Source: Rickettsiales bacterium
Lineage (GTDB): Bacteria; Pseudomonadota; Alphaproteobacteria; Rickettsiales; CANDYO01
Length of the DNA: 64,000 nucleotides
Direction of reading: 5' to 3'
Assembly (NCBI GenBank): GCA_965228885.1
Contig: OZ245841.1
Coordinates: 21,168-85,167 of the forward strand
Part shown: positions 29,393 through 38,736 of the stretch, piece after piece
How positions within the stretch are numbered: position 1 is the stretch's first letter
Layout of the letters: each line of letters opens with the position of its first letter
Made by a program: the position numbers and the translations under genes
The notes under the pieces: model-generated
Databases searched by the model: none
Seen by the model: the letters and a program-made list of their open reading frames with translations, nothing else
Told to the model about the DNA's origin: nothing

Positions 29393-29743
29393 ATGCCACA
29401 AATTATTCTTGAAGCTAGCGATAATATAATTGAAAGGGATTTAAAACAAACATTATCTAAGATTCATCATATATTAGTGGACACTCTTCCAACTAAGCTG
29501 GAGTCTTGTAAAAGCCGAGCTATTCTCCATAAAGATTTTTTAATTGGCAATGGAGATATAAACAACGCATTCATACATTTATCTATAAAGATAATAGAAG
29601 GCAGAACAAGAGAAACCTGCGAATTAGCTGCCAATAAAATTCTTGAAGAATTAAAAGATAGTTTCCAAGAATCAATGAATAGATTAAATTTAAAATTTAG
29701 TATAGCCATTGATAATCTTCCTAAAGTATATATAAAAACTTAA
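29393..29743 (+). CDS. 5-carboxymethyl-2-hydroxymuconate isomerase-like tautomerase
   Basis: M-P-Q start (catalytic Pro1 after Met removal), SCKSRA, FIHLSIKIIEGRT; begins 6 nt after the DASS stop. Confidence 0.8.
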   Translation: MPQIILEASDNIIERDLKQTLSKIHHILVDTLPTKLESCKSRAILHKDFLIGNGDINNAFIHLSIKIIEGRTRETCELAANKILEELKDSFQESMNRLNLKFSIAIDNLPKVYIKT

Positions 29744-30279
29744 AACTTCTTGGCTATTTCTATAGATAATTTACATCCTAGTTTTATTGCATTATACAAA
29801 ACTTTATGACCAAAATTTAGATCCTTCATATTGTCTTTAGCCATATGATGATGCTCTAATTCTTCCTGTCTAAACTTTTCAATATTTTTAGCTAAATTTT
29901 TCTCTTTTTTGGAGTCAAGTTTCTTTAATTGATCTTGATAATGTTGATCTATAACTTCTTCAACCGCCTCTGTGCAAACCATTGCAGAATTTTTTCCTAA
30001 AAGAGCAGTGCCAGCCCCAAGAGCATATCCCAATGCGTGCCAAACGGGGAGAAAAGCAGATGGCCTGATTTTTCTTTGCTGCATTTCTTTTACAAAATAA
30101 TCTAAATGAATTTCCTCTTGATCTGCCATATGCTTTAGCATCTTCTGATCATCAACATTCCTTAGAACTGCCATTTGCCCTTCATAAATACGCTTAGCGC
30201 CATATTCTCCAGCGTGGTTAACTCTAATTACCTGATCCATTAACTGATCACCATTTAAATCACCTGGCATTTTACTCAT
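29740..30279 (-). CDS. coq7: Demethoxyubiquinone hydroxylase (Coq7, di-iron)
   Basis: IRVNHAGEYGAKRIYEGQ, QEEIH, CTEAVEEVIDQHY, FRQEELEH. Confidence 0.93.
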   Translation of the reverse strand: MSKMPGDLNGDQLMDQVIRVNHAGEYGAKRIYEGQMAVLRNVDDQKMLKHMADQEEIHLDYFVKEMQQRKIRPSAFLPVWHALGYALGAGTALLGKNSAMVCTEAVEEVIDQHYQDQLKKLDSKKEKNLAKNIEKFRQEELEHHHMAKDNMKDLNFGHKVLYNAIKLGCKLSIEIAKKF

Positions 30280-30736
30280 GATTTTCTTTCTCTATTTTTA
30301 AAAATCCATAAAGCAGACAAACAGCATATATAACATTCCACTCAGCCATTGAAAGCATCATAAATTTAAATGGAACTTCACTACAGCTGGCAGAAACCTC
30401 TTTAAAACTTAAAACGCCTGCTGGATTTTTTGCATTACAAGTATATACTTCATCTATCCAATAATGCTCCACCCCAACATGATAACCAGCCAAAGATATT
30501 TCAACTATATATAATAGCACAACTAAAGGTATAGTATATTTTCTAGATCCTGGAAATAATATACCCCCCCCAGATAATAACAATAAAATGAAATAAGGAA
30601 TCCTTTGATAAATGCATAATGAACATGGAGACAAATTAAATAGAAGCTCTGATACATATGCCAAAAACAATGCTGCTCCACTACTAAGCAAAACCAGCCA
30701 ATATGGATTCTTTTTAATTTTATCAAGCAAAGGCAT
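30272..30736 (-). CDS. dsbB: Disulfide bond formation protein B family
   Basis: PCSLCIYQRIPY, AGYHVGVE, second Cys pair, LSMAEWN. Confidence 0.88.
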   Translation of the reverse strand: MPLLDKIKKNPYWLVLLSSGAALFLAYVSELLFNLSPCSLCIYQRIPYFILLLLSGGGILFPGSRKYTIPLVVLLYIVEISLAGYHVGVEHYWIDEVYTCNAKNPAGVLSFKEVSASCSEVPFKFMMLSMAEWNVIYAVCLLYGFLKIEKENHE

Positions 30737-30738
30737 AA

Positions 30739-31215
30739 TTAAGCTTCCATTTCTTTAACAGAAGATAAAACTTCTTCGACATGGCCCTTTACTTTTACTT
30801 TAGGCCAAATTTTTTGGATAACTCCTTCCCTATCTATTAGGAAAGTTTTACGAGCAATTCCCATATATTTCTTACCATACATAGACTTCTCTACCCAACA
30901 ATTAAATAATTCACATACTTTAACTTCAACGTCTGAAAGCAATATATGTTCTAGATTATATTTAGCACGGAATTTTTCATGACGCTTTAAATCATCCTTG
31001 GAGATTCCTATTATAACGGTATCAAGCTTCTTAAATTCTTTTATATTGGAGGTAAAATCCTGCGCTTCCATTGTACAGCCTGAAGTATCATCTTTAGGAT
31101 AAAAATAAATAACTACATTCCTCCCTAAAAAGTCTTTAATAGCAATATCTGCTTTTTGATCTGAAGGAAGAGTAAAATCTGGAGCTAAATCTCCAATCGA
31201 TAATTCTTTTGCCAT
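30739..31215 (-). CDS. bcp: Thioredoxin-dependent peroxiredoxin Bcp
   Basis: YFYPKDDTSGCTMEA, R.TFLID. Confidence 0.93.
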   Translation of the reverse strand: MAKELSIGDLAPDFTLPSDQKADIAIKDFLGRNVVIYFYPKDDTSGCTMEAQDFTSNIKEFKKLDTVIIGISKDDLKRHEKFRAKYNLEHILLSDVEVKVCELFNCWVEKSMYGKKYMGIARKTFLIDREGVIQKIWPKVKVKGHVEEVLSSVKEMEA

Positions 31216-31309
31216 GACTATTCTCCTTACAACTTAGATTATTAAGTGAAGGATATCACCTGAAGCAAAAGTGAACAAGAAATTTTTAGGATGGAAATTA
31301 TCTAATTAA

Positions 31310-31528
31310 CTAACTACCGTCTAAATCACTTACGCATACATCAGGAACCTCTCCATAAAGATAGTTCTTAAGATGGTTTGATGCAAGTTCTTGTCCTTTG
31401 TTAGCTGAAAGAGTGCTATATACTGATGATACAACAGCTGATCCAATCGAAAACATAAATTTTCTAACATGACTATTTGTATCAGCTACAATTGTAACTT
31501 GAGTAAAAAATGATTGCAACATAACCAT
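31310..31528 (-). CDS. Small hypothetical protein
   Basis: 72-aa ORF filling an otherwise empty gap; no family recognised. Confidence 0.35.
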   Translation of the reverse strand: MVMLQSFFTQVTIVADTNSHVRKFMFSIGSAVVSSVYSTLSANKGQELASNHLKNYLYGEVPDVCVSDLDGS

Positions 31529-31654
31529 TCTCCTTATCTTTAGTTTATATACTATAAGCTCATACTAAAAATGATAACTTGAGCCCCTCTTTAAGTCAAT
31601 TTATACTCTTAAAACTACATAGACATTCATCTTATAATTAAAGACATAACTCTT

Positions 31655-31669
31655 TTAAATTTTATTTAA
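31655..31669. promoter_or_regulatory. CtrA-like box TTAA-N7-TTAA
   Basis: TTAAattttatTTAA about 90 nt upstream of the first tlc gene; weak evidence given the AT content. Confidence 0.2.
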
Positions 31670-31757
31670 TTATAATGATAATAAAACTTGCATTATATTA
31701 AATATTAGTATAGATTCTTCCCAATTCATTCTTAATAGCCCTTTTTAGAGTAGATTA

Positions 31758-33263
31758 GTGCATAATCGTAGAAACTTTAAATATAATCCTTGGTATTGGC
31801 TCACCAAAATCGCTGCAGAGTTTTCGAAGAATAAACAATATATTCTTTGTAAATATCTTCCAACATCATTGATGTTATTGCTTTCCGCTTATTTAAATAG
31901 TTTTTTAAGAGGAGCAAAAGATATTGTTTTAGTTCCATCCTTAGGCCCAGAACTTATTAGTTTCATTAAATTTTATGGAGTATTACCAGGAACTTTACTT
32001 TTCTTCGTTTGTTATACAAAACTTGCTAATATTTTATCCAGAGACAAACTATATTACACCATTACTTTATTCTTTGGTGGTTTCTTTTTATTATACGCCT
32101 TTGTATTAAACCCTTTACAACCTTATCTAGAACCAGATTTTTCCTCATTAATTGGAAAATACCCTGGACTACAATATCAATTCATGATGATTCAGCATTG
32201 GCCCACAAGTATACTTTATATAATGTGTGAAATTTGTGGCACAGTTACTCTTTCTCTTATGTTCTGGCAATTTACTAACGAATTATACACCTTAAAAGAA
32301 GCTAGAAAAACTTATGCCTTATTTGGTATTATTGGCCAAGGAGGAATAATTCTAGCTGGCTTAATTCAAACCGGAATTTCAGAATATTTTATTAATAATA
32401 TTGAAGAAACACTCGTTTGGGGATTAACTTTAAAATGGATGATGTCCAGCGTAGCATTAGCAGGATTTGGACTGATTGCGCTCTATAGATGGATGTATAA
32501 ACATGTATTCTTTGATCCAATATTATGTACTAGAAAACATACCGGAATTCGTGAGAAAATTAGTCTATCTGTAAGAGAAAGTATAAAATATGTATGCGCC
32601 TCTCGTTATATCTGGTTAATAATGCTAATAGTCTTTAGTTATGGTGTTGGAGTTAATCTTATTGAAAGCTTATGGAAATATGAATTAAAACAAGTATATA
32701 CCACTAGCAATAGCTATGGCGCGTTTATGGGTAAATTCAATATGTATTTTGGCCTAACATCCATTACAGTTATGATATATGGTACTTATATATTACGTAA
32801 GTTTAAGTGGCTAATAGCCGCTCTTCACACCCCTTTAATAGCAGGCATAACTGGGGCTACATTCTTTATCTTTATTCTTTACCAAGATTCATTTAAACCA
32901 TTCTTTGCAAATTTCAACAGTAATGTTGCAATGATGGCTGTATTACTTGGATCGGCCCAAGTTATTTTATATAAATCATTAAATTATACTTTTGTAGATG
33001 CAACCAAAGAAATGGCCTTCATGCCACTAAATCGTGAACTTAGAACAAAAGGTAAAGCCGCTGTGGACGTTATTGGAAATAGAGGTGGAAAGGCATTTGG
33101 AGCTATATCTCAGCAATTAATGTTCCAATTTATTGATCCAAGCATAGGAAACTTAGTATATCAATTCTTTATATTCTTTGTGATAATTATGGTTACATGG
33201 ACTCTTAGTGTAATTACCCTTAACAAACAATTTATTAAAATTGCCGACCAAGCCAATCATTAG
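31758..33263 (+). CDS. tlc: ATP/ADP translocase family (Tlc/NTT) nucleotide transporter, paralog 1
   Basis: LGPELISFIKFYGVLP, FWQFTNE, DATKEMAFMPL...KGKAAVDVIGNRGGKAFG. Confidence 0.93.
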   Translation: MHNRRNFKYNPWYWLTKIAAEFSKNKQYILCKYLPTSLMLLLSAYLNSFLRGAKDIVLVPSLGPELISFIKFYGVLPGTLLFFVCYTKLANILSRDKLYYTITLFFGGFFLLYAFVLNPLQPYLEPDFSSLIGKYPGLQYQFMMIQHWPTSILYIMCEICGTVTLSLMFWQFTNELYTLKEARKTYALFGIIGQGGIILAGLIQTGISEYFINNIEETLVWGLTLKWMMSSVALAGFGLIALYRWMYKHVFFDPILCTRKHTGIREKISLSVRESIKYVCASRYIWLIMLIVFSYGVGVNLIESLWKYELKQVYTTSNSYGAFMGKFNMYFGLTSITVMIYGTYILRKFKWLIAALHTPLIAGITGATFFIFILYQDSFKPFFANFNSNVAMMAVLLGSAQVILYKSLNYTFVDATKEMAFMPLNRELRTKGKAAVDVIGNRGGKAFGAISQQLMFQFIDPSIGNLVYQFFIFFVIIMVTWTLSVITLNKQFIKIADQANH

Positions 33264-33281
33264 AAAAGAATATAAAAATAA

Positions 33282-33980
33282 TTAAGGCCTAGGAAGATTA
33301 GTAACTTTTTCTATTCTCTTTTCAAACTCACCTTTAAATAATCTATCAACAAAGATTCCAGGAGTATGAATATGATCAGGGTCTAGCTCACCTATCTCCA
33401 CCATTTCTTCCACCTCAACTATTGTCATTTTTCCAGCAGTGGCCATAATTGGAGAAAAATTTCTTGCTGTTTTCCTAAACACTAAATTCCCAGCTTTATC
33501 GGCCTTATACGCCCTAATTATGGTTAAATCAGCCAATAAACCTGTTTCTAGAACATAGGTCTCACCATTAAATTCCTTATGTTCTTTTCCTTCTGCTACA
33601 ACAGTTCCTACTCCTGTTTTAGTATAAAAACCTGCAATACCTGCTCCTCCAGCACGTATTCTTTCCGCCAATGTACCTTGAGGATTAAATTCTATTTCTA
33701 TTTCTTTATCTAAATATTGCTTCTCAAAAGTTTTATTCTCTCCAACATAAGAAGAAATAGTTTTCTTAATCTGATGTTTATCTAATAAAACACCTAAGCC
33801 AAAATCATCAACACCACAATTATTACTAATAACAGTTAAACCTTTAACTCCTGAATTGTATATTTCTTGGATTGCATTTTCAGGAATACCGCATAATCCG
33901 AATCCACCAGCCATTATACTCATATTATCAGACAAAACTCCCTCTAAAGCTTCTTTAGCATTATTATATATTTTTACCAT
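33282..33980 (-). CDS. scoA: Succinyl-CoA:3-ketoacid CoA transferase subunit A
   Basis: AGGFGLCGIPEN, SNNCGVD, PQGTLAERIRAGGAGI, IHTPGIFVDR. Confidence 0.93.
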   Translation of the reverse strand: MVKIYNNAKEALEGVLSDNMSIMAGGFGLCGIPENAIQEIYNSGVKGLTVISNNCGVDDFGLGVLLDKHQIKKTISSYVGENKTFEKQYLDKEIEIEFNPQGTLAERIRAGGAGIAGFYTKTGVGTVVAEGKEHKEFNGETYVLETGLLADLTIIRAYKADKAGNLVFRKTARNFSPIMATAGKMTIVEVEEMVEIGELDPDHIHTPGIFVDRLFKGEFEKRIEKVTNLPRP

Positions 33981-34132
33981 TTAATTGATTCTCCAAATTG
34001 TTATTAAGCATCTAATTATCATAGAATATTAGAATTTAGCAAGCTTTTGTTATTAGTTGAAACACCTTTTGGTGTTCATCAACTATAAATTATAGTACCC
34101 TTATATAAAGGTAACTAAATTATAGTAAAATA

Positions 34133-35539
34133 ATGACAAATTTATATCACGTTTTTTATAAAATGCCAGTTCTACGTAAAGAAGATATGTATATTGAGCT
34201 AGAAGAAATTGCGGAGAAATTTGTTAAATCTGGCTTATTAAGAATTGAAGCTGAACCTAAGCAAAATTTTGTTCGGTTTTCTATTCCCTCTCGTAATGTT
34301 CACATTAACTTCAGCAAACGTGAAATTTATGAGGAATCTTTACGCCCCAGAATAACTAAAGCAATAAAAAAAGCTCTCAAAGAATCTGGTAAAAGCACTG
34401 ACTTAGACAATAAAGTTATTCATGAAATTGAAAAATTAAAGGATCAATTAAAAAGATTTGTTGAAGTTGAGCCAGAATTGGAAATGAAGATAGCAAGAAT
34501 ACTTATCCAATCTGCTCATCCTGTAGTGCCTTTAATGATTATGCTAGAAGAAGTTGAAGTATTTGTATCTTACGGCCATAGTATTGGAGAAGTAATGGAC
34601 GTTGCCTCTTGGAGACAAGCAGGATCTAATAGCGGCATGCAAAGCACTGATGGGAAAAATGTGGCTATATTTGTATCCTGTGGAGGAGACCCATTATTTG
34701 TAGACCCTCCTCTTAGCAAAGAAGAAATGAAAGCAAAAAAGGCAAGAGAAGCTAATGAAGGAGAGAAAGAAGAAAAAACACATGGAGATGGAAAACCTGC
34801 TTTAGCAAGATTAATGGGAATAGCAGGACAAGAAATAGGTCATTATAGTGATATTGTTCGCAACGAGAGAGGACAGCAAGTAACTCGTATCTCAGCAAAT
34901 TTCAGCGGAACCAAAGCTGATCCTCAGGTGAATTTGGCACGAAAAACAGATATGAAGAATATTTACACTTATATAGATTTATTAGGTAAAATAGGTCTTA
35001 GTGATTTGCTTGATAAAGAAAAAGAGATTCGCTTCCAACGTCGTAATCCTAAAAAGACTGTAGGATATTACTTCAAACTTATGATGCTGAAGCTTGCTAG
35101 AATGAAATTCATCAAAAAGGCTAAAGAGATCAATTTCCTTCCCATCACTGAGTTAGAAAAGAATGAATATCTGGGCTTTAGCTTTCACGACCTTGCATCT
35201 GATATGTTATTTAACTTAGAACCAAAAGCAGATGTATATAGCAACTCAGACAAAAACATAGAAGAAGCAATTGCATGTATTGAGGCGTTGGCCAGAGTTC
35301 CTCAACAGGCAAATAAATGGGGGCATCAACATACTAAGTTCTTCTGGCGAAATCTTTACAAAATATATTATAATAAGCTCATACCAAGCTGTATTAGAGA
35401 TTATGAAAATATGTCGGGACAAAAGTTCACCGCATATCCTAACAGACTACATAAATATACCTGGAAAGAAAAAATTCAGTTTAGAATTGATGAATTTAAA
35501 GACAAGGTAATAAAATATTTTACTCCTCCAAAAAGGTAA
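34133..35539 (+). CDS. DUF2748-like Rickettsiales conserved protein
   Basis: QSAHPVV...SWRQAGSNSGMQSTDGKNVAIFVSCGGDP resembles the Rickettsia DUF2748 family as I recall it. Confidence 0.75.
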   Translation: MTNLYHVFYKMPVLRKEDMYIELEEIAEKFVKSGLLRIEAEPKQNFVRFSIPSRNVHINFSKREIYEESLRPRITKAIKKALKESGKSTDLDNKVIHEIEKLKDQLKRFVEVEPELEMKIARILIQSAHPVVPLMIMLEEVEVFVSYGHSIGEVMDVASWRQAGSNSGMQSTDGKNVAIFVSCGGDPLFVDPPLSKEEMKAKKAREANEGEKEEKTHGDGKPALARLMGIAGQEIGHYSDIVRNERGQQVTRISANFSGTKADPQVNLARKTDMKNIYTYIDLLGKIGLSDLLDKEKEIRFQRRNPKKTVGYYFKLMMLKLARMKFIKKAKEINFLPITELEKNEYLGFSFHDLASDMLFNLEPKADVYSNSDKNIEEAIACIEALARVPQQANKWGHQHTKFFWRNLYKIYYNKLIPSCIRDYENMSGQKFTAYPNRLHKYTWKEKIQFRIDEFKDKVIKYFTPPKR

Positions 35540-35634
35540 TAAAAGCAATTGTTACTTATACTATATTGACCTTACCCCCCTATTAGCTTATTATTCATAT
35601 CTTAAGTCAAGCAATTATCATCTAGGAAAAAAGT

Positions 35635-36876
35635 ATGGATTTCATCGAAGAATTTATTGCTCGCGGTTTTTACCATCAAGCTACAGATTTAGAAGGTTTA
35701 AAAAAACTTACCTCAAGCAAAAAAATCTCTGCTTATATTGGTTTTGATCCAACTGCCACATCTTTACATGTAGGAAATTTAATGCAAATAATGATGCTTA
35801 AATTACTTCAAAAACATGGCCACCGCCCCATCGTGATTGTGGGAGGAGGAACAGCAAAAATTGGTGACCCTTCTGGCAAAGATGAAATGCGTAAGATGTT
35901 AAACGCAGAAGGGCTGGAAAAAAATATAGCGGGCATTAAAGCTTCTTTAGACAAATATATTAATTTTGGCAAAAATGAAGCCATCATGCTGAATAATGAT
36001 GAATGGCTAAAAAAACTTAGTTATTTAGATTACTTGCGTGACTATGGAAAATTCTTTTCTATCAATAGAATGCTAAAATTTGATAGTGTTAAATTAAGAT
36101 TAGAGAGAGAACAAAATTTAAGCTTTCTTGAATTTAACTACATGCTCTTGCAAGCTTATGACTTCGTGGAATTAAATCGTCGCTATGATTGCCGCCTGCA
36201 ACTTGGTGGATCAGACCAATGGGGAAATATTGTTAATGGAGTGGAATTAAACCGCCGCCTAGAAGAAAAGGAGGTGTTTGGATTAACCTCTCCTTTAATT
36301 ACCACTGCTAGTGGAACAAAAATGGGTAAAAGTGCTAATGGAGCTGTTTGGCTTAGTGAAGAGTTACTATCTCCCTATAATTACTACCAATTTTGGCGTA
36401 ATAGTGATGATCGAGATGTTATAAAGTTCTTAAAATTATTCACTGAATTACCTCTAGAACAAATAGAAGAATATAGTAAAGCTAAGGGAAGCGAACTGAA
36501 TGAGATAAAAAAGATTCTTGCCTTTGAAACAACAAAACTATGTCATGGAGAGAAGGAAGCTAAGAAAGCAGAAGCTACTGCTATAAAAATGTTTGAAGAA
36601 AAAACATTATCAAATAATTTACCAACTATAGAACTTAGCAAAGAGAAAATAGAAAAAGGAATTCCAGCCTATTTACTTTTTCAACAAGCAGGGCTCACTT
36701 CATCTGGTGGAGAAGCTCGTAGATTAATTCGTGGAAAAGGCGCTAGGGTTAATGACAAAGTAATAGATGAAGAAGCTATTAATATTGATGTTTCTTATTG
36801 CAATAAAGATGGCGTAATTAAACTTTCTGCTGGAAAAAAACGCCATGCTTTGGTCTCAAGCTCTAAAAATTTATAA
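35635..36876 (+). CDS. tyrS: Tyrosine--tRNA ligase
   Basis: [15 protein letters not shown] (HIGH), [16 protein letters not shown]-terminal S4 domain. Confidence 0.98.
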   Translation: MDFIEEFIARGFYHQATDLEGLKKLTSSKKISAYIGFDPTATSLHVGNLMQIMMLKLLQKHGHRPIVIVGGGTAKIGDPSGKDEMRKMLNAEGLEKNIAGIKASLDKYINFGKNEAIMLNNDEWLKKLSYLDYLRDYGKFFSINRMLKFDSVKLRLEREQNLSFLEFNYMLLQAYDFVELNRRYDCRLQLGGSDQWGNIVNGVELNRRLEEKEVFGLTSPLITTASGTKMGKSANGAVWLSEELLSPYNYYQFWRNSDDRDVIKFLKLFTELPLEQIEEYSKAKGSELNEIKKILAFETTKLCHGEKEAKKAEATAIKMFEEKTLSNNLPTIELSKEKIEKGIPAYLLFQQAGLTSSGGEARRLIRGKGARVNDKVIDEEAINIDVSYCNKDGVIKLSAGKKRHALVSSSKNL

Positions 36877-37188
36877 AGCAGACTCAATCCATTTGGCAAT
36901 ATCTGCTTTAGAAAGAGCACCAACTTTAGTATCAACAATTTCACCATTCTTAAACAAAATCATTGTTGGAATTCCGCGCACGTTATGCTTACCTGCAGCA
37001 TCTGGATGATCATCAATATTTATCTTAGCAATTGTTGCTTTATCTTTCATTTCTTCAGAAAGAGCATCTAAAGTTGGGATAAGTTGTTTACATGGACCGC
37101 ACCAAGGAGCCCAGAAGTCAACCAATAGAGGTTTATCTGAAGCTTTAACTAATTCTTGAAAACTTTCTTCAGTTAAGTCTTTTATCAT
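36871..37188 (-). CDS. trxA: Thioredoxin
   Basis: [17 protein letters not shown]. Confidence 0.97.
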   Translation of the reverse strand: MIKDLTEESFQELVKASDKPLLVDFWAPWCGPCKQLIPTLDALSEEMKDKATIAKINIDDHPDAAGKHNVRGIPTMILFKNGEIVDTKVGALSKADIAKWIESAL

Positions 37189-37263
37189 AATATTTTCCTT
37201 ATATTTTTCTTAATACTAAGATTATCCTAACCTAATATGATAAATCTCTCAAGATAATTTTAT

Positions 37264-37731
37264 TTAAATACCGCGTCCCTGTTGTTTACCAGATTGATTA
37301 GCATTACCTCCATAGCCCACTCCCTTATTATTTTCTTGCAATGTTTGCCTCATAGAGTTTGTCTCTTCTCTTTCTTTCTTTAATTTTTCTGCGTTATCTT
37401 TTACCCTCTCTAGAGCCTGTTTAAATTGAGGAGACTTCCCTTTCATATCTTTCATACCATTAACAAGAGTCTTACTAGTCATATTATGCCAGATATCCTT
37501 AACACGCTCTAAAAACGTCATTTCCTTTATCGCTGCTCTTACATGAGAATCTTCAACCACTTTCATAAATGTTGGAGATTGTTTATCGATATATTTATCA
37601 GGGAACATTTTCTTAACTAGTTTATTTTTTATATTGAATAATGCATCTTGAATACGCTCCAAGGGTGTCATCAATTTTCGTATTCCTTGTTTTTGTGTTT
37701 CTTCTATATCTTTATAAACACTTTTGTTCAA
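37264..37731 (-). CDS. Hypothetical protein with an internal duplication, immediately downstream of virB11
   Basis: Starts 4 nt from the virB11 stop; two MT(P/F)LER..D...SP.F units; ends GKQQGRGI. Confidence 0.7.
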   Translation of the reverse strand: MNKSVYKDIEETQKQGIRKLMTPLERIQDALFNIKNKLVKKMFPDKYIDKQSPTFMKVVEDSHVRAAIKEMTFLERVKDIWHNMTSKTLVNGMKDMKGKSPQFKQALERVKDNAEKLKKEREETNSMRQTLQENNKGVGYGGNANQSGKQQGRGI

Positions 37732-37734
37732 AAC

Positions 37735-38736
37735 TTACTCCTTCGAGCCTTCTTGAGCTTCCCTATAATACACTTCCGAAATATATCTTCTTCCTTTGTC
37801 AGCTCTTTTTAACTGAACTACAATATCAACCACCGCCAATATATAATTACGAATCTCATTGGGAGGCATACCTAAACCAGCCTGCATTACCATTAATTTC
37901 AGCTGCTCTAAAGCCATTGACGGAGTGTCAGCATGCAGAGTTGCAATAGAACCAGGGTGACCTGTGTTAATTGCCCTTAAAAAACTAAAAGCCTCAGCTC
38001 CGCGCAGCTCACCAACAATAATTCTATCTGGACGCAAACGCAAACAGGCCTCAATCAAATTTTGAGTAGTGACATTCGCCCTACCCTGCCCACCTTTGGA
38101 AGCAAGTAAATGAACCCTGTTTTTATGATGAGGTAATTGAACTTCTCGAGCATCTTCTACTGTAATCAGACGTTCTTCTGTGGGAATCTCAAGCAAGGCA
38201 GCATTGGTAAATGTAGTTTTACCAGTGGAAGTACCACCGCTAATAATGATATTCTTTTTACATCTTATGGCGTGAGTTAAGAAAGCTCTTATATCTTTCT
38301 TTTTAAGATGATCCATAAGAATTGGAACATTTGGATCCGACATTTCTTCTGTGGCAGTTTGATCAAAGGCTCCAAATTTTTGATAAGTATCAAACGTAAA
38401 AAGTTCTGTAGCACCTTTACGAATAGACATACACACTGTGCCAGGTTCACAAGCTGGTGGAAACACCACCTGAATACGATATCCATTAGGTAAAGTGGCT
38501 GAGAGTAATGGTTTTTCTTCGCTAATAACCTGCTCAGTAGACTGAGCAATCAATCTCCCCAAAGCTTTAAGATGCTCCATGTCTAATGTAGGAAGTTTTT
38601 CACAGCGCATATCACCACGCTTTTCAACCCAAGCTTCCCCTGGAACATTAACTGAAATTTCAGCAACACCATCCTCAGCGAATAATGCTTTAAATGGCTC
38701 TAAATATGTTTCTAATGCTGCATAATTCTGTTTCAT
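37735..38736 (-). CDS. virB11: Type IV secretion ATPase VirB11
   Basis: ISGGTSTGKTT Walker A, ITVED, CLRLRPDRIIVGELRG, NTGHPGSIATLHA. Confidence 0.97.
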   Translation of the reverse strand: MKQNYAALETYLEPFKALFAEDGVAEISVNVPGEAWVEKRGDMRCEKLPTLDMEHLKALGRLIAQSTEQVISEEKPLLSATLPNGYRIQVVFPPACEPGTVCMSIRKGATELFTFDTYQKFGAFDQTATEEMSDPNVPILMDHLKKKDIRAFLTHAIRCKKNIIISGGTSTGKTTFTNAALLEIPTEERLITVEDAREVQLPHHKNRVHLLASKGGQGRANVTTQNLIEACLRLRPDRIIVGELRGAEAFSFLRAINTGHPGSIATLHADTPSMALEQLKLMVMQAGLGMPPNEIRNYILAVVDIVVQLKRADKGRRYISEVYYREAQEGSKE

